From the NCBI GenBank assembly GCA_043826455.1, contig JBDRQD010000018.1, forward strand, positions 1-27,690: a stretch of DNA of 27,690 nt, given 5' to 3'. A program made the position numbers and the translations under genes. The DNA is from Candidatus Bathyarchaeota archaeon (GTDB taxonomy: Archaea; Thermoproteota; Bathyarchaeia; TCS64). Within the stretch, counting starts at the first letter, position 1; each line of letters opens with the position of its first letter. Below the pieces are notes generated by a model, which saw only the letters and a program-made list of their open reading frames with translations, did no database searches and had not been told where the DNA came from. Positions 8,128 to 16,215 of the stretch are shown here, in pieces.

Positions 8128-8158
8128 GTGTTATTAAGTGTTCTCGATGTTATATAAA
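8117..8158 (-). promoter_or_regulatory. Toxin-antitoxin promoter (TTTATATA) with four phased RTGTTM repeats
   Basis: Minus-strand TTTATATA at 8158-8151. Plus-strand GTGTTA 8117, GTGTTA 8128, GTGTTC 8138, ATGTTA 8147. Confidence 0.55.
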
Positions 8159-8202
8159 GGGATCTATGTGGGTAGGAATTTTACGAAACTCTTACAATTA
8201 GA

Positions 8203-8236
8203 GATTTAACCATTTTGTATAGTTAACATATAATGC
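8203..8236 (+). repeat. Bipartite repeat B, copy 2, at the island right boundary
   Basis: GATTTAACCATTTT-GTATAGTTAA-CATATAATGC matches 7099-7132 in both blocks. Confidence 0.75.
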
Positions 8237-8255
8237 CCATCATGAAAAGATGGGC
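8235..8255 (-). terminator. Hairpin at the carbamoyltransferase stop (GCCCATC-N7-GATGGGC)
   Basis: Perfect 7-bp inverted repeat abutting the stop codon. Terminator function is inferred. Confidence 0.35.
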
Positions 8256-9169
8256 TAATGATTGATGAGCCAGACGAGGAGCCCCTTCTGGGCGTGCATC
8301 CTGTTCCCGGCCTGGTCGAAGACCACCGACTGAGGCGAGTCCATGACCTCGCTGGTGATCTCATAGCCCCTGTGAGCCGGAAGACAGTGCATCACAATGC
8401 AGTCCTTCTTGGCCTTCTTAACCAGCTCCATGTTCACCTGGAAGGGCTTGAACGCCTTCAACCGGGCCTCGTTCTCCGCCTCCATGCCCGCGCTCACCCA
8501 GACATCCGTGTAGACGACGTCGGCCCCCGCCACCCCCTTGACCGGGTCGTGGCTCACCTTCACCGACTTACCACTATGCCCCTTGACCTTCTTGAGGACC
8601 CACTCCGCCGGGCTGTACTTGGGGTTGTCCGGGCAGACCACGGTCACGTCCATGTCCGCCGAACTGCACCCGATCATTGTTGAGTTGGCCGTGTTGCAGC
8701 CCCCGTCGCCCACGTAGGCGATCTTTAGGCCCTTCAGCTTCCCCTTGTGCTCCTTAACGGTGAGGAGGTCGGCCATGGTCTGGCAGGGGTGGTAGACCTC
8801 GGTCATCCCGTTTATGGCAGGAATGGTGGCGGCCTCACCTATCTTCTCCATGGCCTCCTGCTTCAGCACCCTCGCCATTATGAAGTCGACGTACCTGTTC
8901 AGGTTCTTGATCCCGTCGCTGAGGGTTTCACTCCTGGTGAAGCCGCCCCCCTCCACGCTGTAGAATATGGCGTGGCCCCCCAGCTGGTTCATCCCGGCCT
9001 CGAAGGACACCCTCGTCCTGAGGCTTGGCAGCTCGAAGAGCATGATCAGGGTCTTGTTCTTCATGGCGTCCCCGTACTCGCCGGGGCTCGCCTTGATCTT
9101 CTCTGATAGGTCCAGGACCTCCTTGAGCTCCTGGCCGGATAGGTCGAAGTCGCTGAGAATATGTTTCAT
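8255..9169 (-). CDS. argF: Ornithine carbamoyltransferase family protein
   Basis: F..PSLRTR.SFE, HPCQ..AD, YVGDG, YTDVWVSAG, HCLPAHRG.EIT, Q..NR.H.QK. Start ATG 9169 (alternative TTG 9184). Substrate uncertain, see findings. Confidence 0.85.
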   Translation of the reverse strand: MKHILSDFDLSGQELKEVLDLSEKIKASPGEYGDAMKNKTLIMLFELPSLRTRVSFEAGMNQLGGHAIFYSVEGGGFTRSETLSDGIKNLNRYVDFIMARVLKQEAMEKIGEAATIPAINGMTEVYHPCQTMADLLTVKEHKGKLKGLKIAYVGDGGCNTANSTMIGCSSADMDVTVVCPDNPKYSPAEWVLKKVKGHSGKSVKVSHDPVKGVAGADVVYTDVWVSAGMEAENEARLKAFKPFQVNMELVKKAKKDCIVMHCLPAHRGYEITSEVMDSPQSVVFDQAGNRMHAQKGLLVWLINH

Positions 9170-9193
9170 GCCGTTAACCTTCAATAGGTTGTA

Positions 9194-9343
9194 CTAGGTT
9201 TGCCTTATTTGAAGCCCTTGATGGATGTCATAGTCCTGCTCGCGTGTCTTGGGCCACTCACCTGTGCCCTCGAACACGCAGTGTCCTAGTTTGGCGCATA
9301 GGATGTCGCCGTACTCTTGACTGCATGCCTTGCATGGTTTCAA
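9194..9343 (-). CDS. 49-aa Cys-rich microprotein (CxxC-x8-C-x4-HC)
   Basis: Translated by hand: MKPCKACSQEYGDILCAKLGHCVFEGTGEWPKTREQDYDIHQGLQIRQT*. TTG start with GAGGT 8 nt upstream; fills the gap before argF. Confidence 0.55.
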   Translation of the reverse strand: MKPCKACSQEYGDILCAKLGHCVFEGTGEWPKTREQDYDIHQGLQIRQT

Positions 9344-9401
9344 GGGATTTAACCTCGCTCCATTACACCAGCTTAGAGCACACTTATATCATTTATTGCA
9401 A

Positions 9402-9426
9402 AAATGTTACATTTAGATGTACATCT
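9402..9426. promoter_or_regulatory. Tandem palindromic operator-like sites
   Basis: AAATGT-T-ACATTT (9402-9414) immediately followed by AGATGTACATCT (9415-9426), just upstream of minus-strand GATATAAG near 9383-9390. Confidence 0.5.
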
Positions 9427-9447
9427 GTTCCATATAAGGTGTGGGGG

Positions 9448-11172
9448 CTAGGCTGGACTCAGGACCACGTCCAGCAGCGCAGGCCGCCCCTCCCTCACAG
9501 CCTTCAGCGCCCGCAGCAGCGACGGCCTAACCTCAGACGGGTCCTCAACCCGTTCACCGTACCCGCCGAAAGCCTCCATGATCCTGCCGTAATCCGGGCC
9601 GGGGCAGCCGACGCCGTAGTACTGGCCGCTCCTCACCGAGTAGCCCTCCGGGTAGTACCTGGCGTGGCCCTTCATGGCCGCATAGCAACCGTTGTTGAAG
9701 ATCACAGTCATGAAGGGGACCCCGTACTCCTGGGCGACGCCGAAGGCGGCCAGAACCGGGTTATAGTTGAAGGTGCCGTCCCCCACCAGGGCCACCACCG
9801 TCTTACCGGGCTCAGCCAGCTTCACCCCCAGGGCGATCCCAAGGCCCTGGCCAAGGCCCGTGTGAGCCACGGGGCCCGTGGCCTCATACCTGGTCCCCGG
9901 GACGACCCTGTTGCGCTCGATGGCCGCATGGATGAGGCCGCCGTGGGATATGGTCTCGTGGACTATGACGGTGCCGGCGTCTATAACCTCATCAATGCAG
10001 TGGCAAAGCCACCTGGGGTCGATGGGAGACGCGTCCCGGGCCTCCAGGGCCTTCTTCCGCAGCTCCTCCCTGATCCTGCGATGCTCCAAGGCCCATTTAT
10101 CCGTGCGAGCCTTTACCTTGGACTCGTCTACCCTGTCCTTCTCCAGCAGCCCGATGATCTGGGGCAGCGCTACGCCAGAGTCGGCTTGAATCATCAGGTC
10201 CGACGGGTACCCGTACACCGGGTACTTTAGCTGCAGAGGGTCGGGGTCCATGAACACTACCTTGGCTCCGCTGACCTTCCTAATGCTCCCAGGCGGGTAC
10301 CAGGGCGGCCAAGAGCTGCTGTCAACGACCAGCACCAGGTCCGCCTCTTTCAGGTAGGGGCCCATTGTGGTTCCCATGTGGAGGGGGTTGTCGGTGGGGA
10401 AGTTCATGTAGCCCGGGGTCTCGAACACGGGTACGCCCAGGAGCCCTGAGAGCTTGACGAGCTGGGCCACGGCCGCCCGGTTCCGCCCAAGGTACCGGGT
10501 GTAGATCATTGGGTTCTTGGCCTCCAGGAGCATGTCCTTGAGCCTCGCCAGGGTGGACGGGTCGGCGGTCACCGGAGCGGGCCGCGCAGTGTCCGCGGGC
10601 AGCCTCATCTTGGTCACCTTCTCGAACAGGAGCTCCCGGGACAGGTTCAGGAGCACTGGCCCCTTGACGTCGCTTGAAGCGATCTCGTAGGCCCTCTGGA
10701 TGACGGCCAACACGTTGCCGTTGGTCTCGGGGCTGTCACCCCACTTCACGTAGGGCGTCAGACGCTCCTGGCCGCCCACCTCGGTGAAGCTCAGGTAGTG
10801 GGGCCCCGGCGTGCCACCGTAGACCTCGCCGTCGTGGGTCCTGTTCTGGCCAACTATGAGTAGCAACGGCACCTGGTCCGTGTAGGCGGCCTTCAGCTCC
10901 ATGGCGCCGTGCAGGAGCCCCGTCAACACGTGGGTGAGAAGGGCCTGTGCCCTGCCCGTGGCCATGTAGTAGCCCTTGGCCATGGAGAGGGCGGCGCCCT
11001 CGTGCCTCACGTTAACATATAGGGGCCTCTTGCCCTGGCTGTTGTACTTGGCCAGGTGCTCCCACATGGGTATGAACTCGGAGCCCGGGGAGCTGAACAC
11101 GTAGTCCACCCCCAGCCTGTGGAGCATCTCCACGTAGCCTTGGGCGGCGTCCTCGACGGTTATCTCAGCCAT
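9448..11172 (-). CDS. Thiamine pyrophosphate-dependent enzyme (acetolactate synthase / benzoylformate decarboxylase-like)
   Basis: GVDYVF..PG, RHE..A..MA.GY, three-domain length, ThDP motif GDG-x26-NN. Start ATG 11172 (track start 11187). Confidence 0.9.
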   Translation of the reverse strand: MAEITVEDAAQGYVEMLHRLGVDYVFSSPGSEFIPMWEHLAKYNSQGKRPLYVNVRHEGAALSMAKGYYMATGRAQALLTHVLTGLLHGAMELKAAYTDQVPLLLIVGQNRTHDGEVYGGTPGPHYLSFTEVGGQERLTPYVKWGDSPETNGNVLAVIQRAYEIASSDVKGPVLLNLSRELLFEKVTKMRLPADTARPAPVTADPSTLARLKDMLLEAKNPMIYTRYLGRNRAAVAQLVKLSGLLGVPVFETPGYMNFPTDNPLHMGTTMGPYLKEADLVLVVDSSSWPPWYPPGSIRKVSGAKVVFMDPDPLQLKYPVYGYPSDLMIQADSGVALPQIIGLLEKDRVDESKVKARTDKWALEHRRIREELRKKALEARDASPIDPRWLCHCIDEVIDAGTVIVHETISHGGLIHAAIERNRVVPGTRYEATGPVAHTGLGQGLGIALGVKLAEPGKTVVALVGDGTFNYNPVLAAFGVAQEYGVPFMTVIFNNGCYAAMKGHARYYPEGYSVRSGQYYGVGCPGPDYGRIMEAFGGYGERVEDPSEVRPSLLRALKAVREGRPALLDVVLSPA

Positions 11173-11271
11173 TGAAGGTTCACACATTGAGGGTCAGCGG
11201 CAGTATTTAGAGTTACCAAGCACGCATCCTTCGGTTAACTGTTAATAGCTTCGAAGGAAATCTACCGTTGT

Positions 11272-12489
11272 ATGAGGCCCAAGGTAGACGGCGGAAGACT
11301 GGAGAAGGCGCTGAGGGAGATGGGCGAGGTTGGCGCCACCCCCTCAGGCGGTGTGAGCCGCCTGGCCCTGAGCGACACGGACAGGGAGGCCAGGGACCTC
11401 CTGGTCTCATGGTTCAGGGAGCTGAGCCTTGAGGTTAAGATCGATCCCATCGGCAACATCTTCGCAACGCGGCGGGGCCAGGAGGACTCTGAGCCGGTGA
11501 TGATGGGCAGCCACATTGACACCGTGAAGGACGCGGGCATCTTCGACGGCGCCCTCGGCGTCCTGGGTGCCCTGGAGGTTCTGAGAACCTTAGACGACTC
11601 GGACACTGAGACAGCGAAGCCTGTCGCCGTGGCGACCTTCACCAACGAGGAGGGGGCCAGGTTCCAGCCCGACATGATGGGCAGCATGGTCTACGCGGGT
11701 GAGCTCGGCGTCGAGGAGGCGTACGAGTCCAGAGACGACGACGGCGTCATCGTGAAACAGGAGCTTGACCGCATAGGCTACAGGGGCGAGGACTCGTTGA
11801 CGCCCTCATGCTACCTGGAGCTCCACGTGGAGCAGGGCCCCGTGCTCCACAGCACCGGACACATGATCGGCGTCGTGGAAGGAGTCCAGGGCATCGCCTG
11901 GTGGCATGGATGCTACGTGGGCCAGGCCAACCACGCGGGCACCACGCCCCTCGAGCTCAGGAGGGACGCCCTGCTGGGGGCATCGGACCTGAACATGAGG
12001 CTGAGGGCCCTGGCGGAGGAAACGGGGGAGGCCTCGGTGGCCACCATGGGGAGGCTCAGTCCTTCTCCTGACGTCATCAACGTGGTGCCTGGGCGCGCCG
12101 ACTTCACCGTGGACTTCAGACAATACGAGCCGAGGCTGTTCACAGAGGGTAAGAGCAGGGTTGAGGCTCTCGTCCAAGAAGTGGCGGAGCGCCACAGGCT
12201 TGAGAGGAGCCTCCGGCAGTCGGCGGACGCCCAGCCTGTGAGGTTCGACAAGTCCATGGTCGACCTGGTGGAGTCCAAGGCGAGGAAGCTGGGCCTCAGC
12301 CACACGAAGATTCCCAGCGGCGCGGGCCACGACGCCCAGTTCCTCAGCCACGTGTGCCCCACGGCCATGGTATTCGTGCCCTCCATAGGTGGCCTGAGCC
12401 ACTGCCCAGAGGAGCGGACCAGCTTCAGCGACTGCGAGAACGGCGCCAACGTGCTACTAGAGTGCGTCCAGGAGCTCGCAGGAAAATAG
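11272..12489 (+). CDS. M20 Zn-amidohydrolase, N-carbamoyl-L-amino acid hydrolase / allantoate amidohydrolase family
   Basis: GSHIDTV, G.FDG.LGV, NEEGARF, ELHVEQG, NHAGTTP, GAGHDA, SHCPEE. Confidence 0.93.
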   Translation: MRPKVDGGRLEKALREMGEVGATPSGGVSRLALSDTDREARDLLVSWFRELSLEVKIDPIGNIFATRRGQEDSEPVMMGSHIDTVKDAGIFDGALGVLGALEVLRTLDDSDTETAKPVAVATFTNEEGARFQPDMMGSMVYAGELGVEEAYESRDDDGVIVKQELDRIGYRGEDSLTPSCYLELHVEQGPVLHSTGHMIGVVEGVQGIAWWHGCYVGQANHAGTTPLELRRDALLGASDLNMRLRALAEETGEASVATMGRLSPSPDVINVVPGRADFTVDFRQYEPRLFTEGKSRVEALVQEVAERHRLERSLRQSADAQPVRFDKSMVDLVESKARKLGLSHTKIPSGAGHDAQFLSHVCPTAMVFVPSIGGLSHCPEERTSFSDCENGANVLLECVQELAGK

Positions 12490-12512
12490 TGCCATGTTTC
12501 TTGTCAAGTGGC

Positions 12513-14036
12513 TTAGAGGTTGCTGGGCACCCAGAGGGTGAGCTCCTCCACCACCTCGGACCTGGTGATGGCCAGCTCGAATACGCTGTCGTACTGCTCC
12601 CTTGTGAGGGTCTGCTCGTCAGCCCCCACGGCCCTGAAGCCGCCCATCCTTCCCTGCCCTACGGCCAGTATCTGCAGCTTTTTACCCGAGAATGGGGAGG
12701 GCGCATAGGGAGTGAATTTTATGGTGAGGTGCATGTACCCGCCTGACGTGGTCTGCCCCGTGGGGGCGTAGACGTAGCGGAGGGCCTTCACCCACTCGTA
12801 GTGGCTGTTGCTCTGGATGGCGCCTAGGAGCCTGTCGAAGGTGGCCTGTGGGGAGACCCACCGCTCCTCCCACAGGTTCCAGACGTGTATCTCCTGGAGC
12901 ACCTGGTCGCCTTTACCGAACTGGACCAGCCACCTGGCTCTGCGCCCGTTCTGAACACTGCTCATTATCCTCTCCATGGGGTCGCTTGACGCCGGGGGCG
13001 CAGGCTGTGGGGCCCGCTGGCCTCCCGTCAACGGTTGGCCGCATTTTCCGCAGAAGTTGTTGTCGGGGGTGTTCTTGTAGCCGCATATGGGGCACTGTCT
13101 AGGAGGCGGCTCCAGCTTCGCTCCACACTTGCCACAATAGTGGTACTCCGGTGGGCTCACGTGGCCGCATACGCTGCAGGTGTTGCCTGCGGCTGCCTGC
13201 GGGGCCGTCGCCTGGAGCTTGACCTGGGGTGTGGGGGGCGTGGGCGGGCGCGGAGGGGGCGCCTGGGTGTCCGATGAGGTGATGAGCTTCAGTATCTGAT
13301 CGGCCCATTCCTGGATTATGGGTCCCTCCGTGGGCTCGGGGTGGGGGTTCTTCCTCAGAGTCTCTGCTACCCTCAGCACCACGTCAGCGGAGTACACTAT
13401 GTCTGAGGGGTTATCCACCACGTGCTGCGTTGCCACCAGGGTCCTGTCACCCATGGGCACCACCTGGCACTTGGTGTTGTGGTTTTCCTCCTCGTCGTTA
13501 ACCTTGACCTCGAACCTGTTCCACCGGCTCACGTTGAGGTTAGAGTCTATGCCAGCGATGGTCCTGGCGTCAGGCATCTTCTTAACGAGGCCCGGCAGCT
13601 CCTTGTCGTTGTTGAGGGCATCCACCAGGGAGCTCCTGTCCATCTTCTTCTCGTGGACCTCACTGGCCTTGAGCTGCTTGTGGTAGGGTATCCACGTCAT
13701 GCTCTTGCTCAGGAACCCCCTGATCTCTTTCACGTAGATGCTGCCGGGGGCCGTCGCCGGCACCATGGCTCCAAGGTAGCACTTCATGGGCTCGTGGAGG
13801 ACCGCCCCCGCCTGGCCGTCCGCCGTGAACTCCATGATGGCGGTGAAGGCGTACAGGGTCAGGCCTACCCGGCTCTGGATTACGTGGGTGAGGCCGTAGA
13901 ACCCTCCGCCCTTGAACTCGCTTATCCTCCTTAAGTCGTGGGTGAGGGGCTCAGAAACTATGCTACCCAGGGCCTTGCTGTAGCCCTCGTTGAGAGCCTG
14001 TATGCACCGGTCTCTCGAAGTGTACGATGCGCTCAC
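12513..14036 (-). CDS. Double zinc-ribbon domain protein with Pro-rich linkers
   Basis: CSVCG..YCGKCG and CPICG..FCGKCG between PPPRPPTPPTP and PQPAPP linkers; uncharacterised N and C domains; GAGGT upstream of the GTG start. Confidence 0.8.
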   Translation of the reverse strand: MSASYTSRDRCIQALNEGYSKALGSIVSEPLTHDLRRISEFKGGGFYGLTHVIQSRVGLTLYAFTAIMEFTADGQAGAVLHEPMKCYLGAMVPATAPGSIYVKEIRGFLSKSMTWIPYHKQLKASEVHEKKMDRSSLVDALNNDKELPGLVKKMPDARTIAGIDSNLNVSRWNRFEVKVNDEEENHNTKCQVVPMGDRTLVATQHVVDNPSDIVYSADVVLRVAETLRKNPHPEPTEGPIIQEWADQILKLITSSDTQAPPPRPPTPPTPQVKLQATAPQAAAGNTCSVCGHVSPPEYHYCGKCGAKLEPPPRQCPICGYKNTPDNNFCGKCGQPLTGGQRAPQPAPPASSDPMERIMSSVQNGRRARWLVQFGKGDQVLQEIHVWNLWEERWVSPQATFDRLLGAIQSNSHYEWVKALRYVYAPTGQTTSGGYMHLTIKFTPYAPSPFSGKKLQILAVGQGRMGGFRAVGADEQTLTREQYDSVFELAITRSEVVEELTLWVPSNL

Positions 14037-14090
14037 CTATACCTCCCCCAATCCACAACATATCATAGACATAGCCTAAAAAATATGCGA

Positions 14091-14414
14091 TTATCCGCCA
14101 GCCTTACGCCGCAGTGTTTTGATGGTGCCGGACACCCTGTCAACCTGGATAGAGGCCGGCGTTCCACCGATCTCCAACAAGTGAGCCAGAGCCGCCCGTG
14201 TCTGGGTGAGGTGATCGTGGCTGCACCTCAGAACGCCGCTCAATGCCTCCGGCTCGTACTCTATCAGCCTCAGATCAGCCTCGTAGGAGCCCTTCACACC
14301 GTACAGAAGCCTGAGCTGGTGCTCGACGGCGCCCCAGAGCTGGGCCTCAGAGACCGGGGAGCCGCTGACAACCTTGAAGGCGATGTACCTTCTACGGACG
14401 TTCCTCACAGGCAT
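14091..14414 (-). CDS. rnp2: RNase P protein component 2 (Pop5/Rpp14)
   Basis: RRRYIAF, LYG..G, G.LRC.H, VSGTIK.LR. Confidence 0.9.
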   Translation of the reverse strand: MPVRNVRRRYIAFKVVSGSPVSEAQLWGAVEHQLRLLYGVKGSYEADLRLIEYEPEALSGVLRCSHDHLTQTRAALAHLLEIGGTPASIQVDRVSGTIKTLRRKAGG

Positions 14415-14446
14415 GGCTGAATAAGGAGAGAGAAGGGTTTATGTGG

Positions 14447-15262
14447 TTAATGGTCCACCCGGGTCATCTTGCCGCTCAGGTCCATCTTGCTGACACCGAA
14501 CTCGCCCCGGACCTCCCGCAGCATACCGGAGTCGAAGACCGGCCCATCCACGCAGACCCGGTAGGGGCCTACCGCGCAGGCCCCGCAGAGGCCGACGGAG
14601 CACTTGATGTACCTTTCCAGGCTGGCCTGGACCGGCAGCCCCATGTTCTCGGCGTCTAGGAAGACCCTGGCCATCATGAGCTCCGGGCCGCACGTATAGA
14701 CGTGGTCGTAGCCGTTGCTCTCCATGAGCTTGGCGGCGTACCCGGAGGCGTAGCCGCTGTAGCCTCTTGACCCGTCGTCCGTGGATATGACAAGGTTGTC
14801 TCCCAGCAGCTTCTCCAGCTTCTCCAGGAACATGAGCTGGGTTGAGTTCCTAGCTCCTAGAACGAAGGTGGGTACAGCACCCTTGGACAGCATCTCCCTC
14901 ACGAGAGGCATCAGGGACGCGGCCCCCGATCCCCCGGCGACGATGATGGGCCTCCTCCCTTCCACGCTGTAGCCGTTTCCGAAGGGCCCCCTCACGCCTA
15001 TGCGGTCCCCGGGCTCCAGGCCGCTCAGGGCCTCGGTTGCCTCTCCCACGGCCCGGACGGTGATGGAGGACTGGCCTCCCTCGTCGATGGCGCTCAGAGA
15101 CATGGGGACCTCGTCGAGCCCCGGTATCCAAGTCATGATGTACTGCCCCGGCCGGGCCTTCGCCGTCCACTGGTCCACGAACCAGAGGCTTGTGAAGCCC
15201 TCACACTCGGATATTACATTTGTCAAGACTACTTTCCGTGTATCTTCCAGCTTCGTGGGCAA
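14447..15262 (-). CDS. pyrK: Dihydroorotate dehydrogenase electron transfer subunit
   Basis: PGQY.M.WIPG.DE.PMS, RGPFGNG, GGSG, CGPE.MM, C.VGLCGAC...RVC.DGPVF (2Fe-2S). Confidence 0.95.
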   Translation of the reverse strand: MPTKLEDTRKVVLTNVISECEGFTSLWFVDQWTAKARPGQYIMTWIPGLDEVPMSLSAIDEGGQSSITVRAVGEATEALSGLEPGDRIGVRGPFGNGYSVEGRRPIIVAGGSGAASLMPLVREMLSKGAVPTFVLGARNSTQLMFLEKLEKLLGDNLVISTDDGSRGYSGYASGYAAKLMESNGYDHVYTCGPELMMARVFLDAENMGLPVQASLERYIKCSVGLCGACAVGPYRVCVDGPVFDSGMLREVRGEFGVSKMDLSGKMTRVDH

Positions 15263-16163
15263 GTCCCACCACCTCCTCTACTCGGCTGAACCCGTTCTCA
15301 GCCATGTAACGTTCCAGACCCTCCACTATCTCCCCGTAGACCCCCACGCCGCGGGTCATGACTGCTGTCCCGATCTCCACAGCGGAGGCCCCGGCCAGCA
15401 GGTACTCCACGGCGTCCTCCCAGGTGGTGACGCCTCCGCAGCCGATCACAGGTATCTCCACGGCCTGGCTTACCTCCCAGACGCAGCGGAGGGCCACAGG
15501 CTTCATTGCCGGCCCTGAGAGGCCGCCGGTGGAGTTGGTGAGCACCGGCCTCCTGAAGTTCACATCTATGGCGATCCCCAGCAGGGTGTTGACCGCCGTT
15601 ATAGCGTCTGCCCCGCCCCACTCCGCGGCCTTGGCCACCGTCTTGATGTTGGTGACGTTGGGGCTCAGCTTCACGAACACAGGTAGGCTCGTCTCCGCCT
15701 TCACCGCGGCCGTCACCCTCTCCACGTTGCCTGCGTCCGCCGCCAGCATCCCCAGCTCCTCGGCCACGTTGGGGCAGCTGGCGTTCAGCTCCAGGGCGTC
15801 TGCCCCGGCCTTGGTCAGCTTGTAGGCTACCTCGGCGAACTCCTGGACGCTGCCCCCGAAGAAGCTGGCCACCGTAGGGACCCCCATCTCCTTGAGCTTA
15901 ACGATCTCGGCGACGAAGTAGTCGACGCCAGGGTTCGGAAGACCCATGGCATTCAACGCCCCGCTGCTCACCTGCACCAACGTCGGGTTAGGGTGCCCCG
16001 TCCTGGGCACCGGACCGACGCTCTTGGTCACCACGGCGCCAGCACCCGCATCATAAACACGTTTCAGAAGATGCGGGCTCATGCCGAGGACGCCAGCCGC
16101 GTTCATGGTGGGGTTCCTGAGGCGGAACCCAGCGAGGTCTACGGCTAAGCTTAATTTAGACAA
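15201..16163 (-). CDS. pyrD: Dihydroorotate dehydrogenase 1B catalytic subunit
   Basis: NP.M.AAG, KS, G..NP, NAMGL.NPG, ELN.SCPNV, KLSPN, NT, GGLSG.A.KP. Confidence 0.95.
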   Translation of the reverse strand: MSKLSLAVDLAGFRLRNPTMNAAGVLGMSPHLLKRVYDAGAGAVVTKSVGPVPRTGHPNPTLVQVSSGALNAMGLPNPGVDYFVAEIVKLKEMGVPTVASFFGGSVQEFAEVAYKLTKAGADALELNASCPNVAEELGMLAADAGNVERVTAAVKAETSLPVFVKLSPNVTNIKTVAKAAEWGGADAITAVNTLLGIAIDVNFRRPVLTNSTGGLSGPAMKPVALRCVWEVSQAVEIPVIGCGGVTTWEDAVEYLLAGASAVEIGTAVMTRGVGVYGEIVEGLERYMAENGFSRVEEVVGLAHEAGRYTESSLDKCNIRV

Positions 16164-16215
16164 CTCTCCCCTACCTACTCAGCCAGCCCTATTATAAAAG
16201 TTCGGAGGACGCGAG

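Larger units (their letters stand above)
694..8241. mobile_element. tRNA-adjacent mosaic genomic island or defective provirus-like region
   Basis: Starts just after the tRNA 3' end and ends at the carbamoyltransferase stop. Abrupt composition changes, terminase, toxin-antitoxin pair, NYN protein, gene fragments and junction repeats. No integrase or att duplication seen, so boundaries are inferred. Confidence 0.55.

Noticed and set aside
4029..8236. CRISPR array from the repeats
   Set aside because: Only two copies per family, about 1 kb apart, with no 30-40 bp spacers and no cas genes.
660..8260. attL/attR duplication of the tRNA-Glu 3' end
   Set aside because: I found no second copy of TTCAAATCCCGGCGGGAGC by eye, only short chance matches such as GCGGGAG near 2270.
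9244..10230. 328-aa plus-strand ORF and other long antisense ORFs (e.g. 22095-22841, 24837-25550, 11806-12402)
   Set aside because: Shadow frames of well-supported GC-rich genes, with no recognisable motifs.
11237..11251. AACTGTTAATAGCTT resembling the reverse complement of repeat A
   Set aside because: Partial match at TATA distance from 11272, so best read as that gene's promoter. It does keep open a promoter explanation for repeat A.
15201..15262. 62-bp pyrD/pyrK overlap as a frameshift
   Set aside because: Both proteins are complete and pyrK has GAGGTG before its TTG; a short C-terminal run-on of PyrD explains it.
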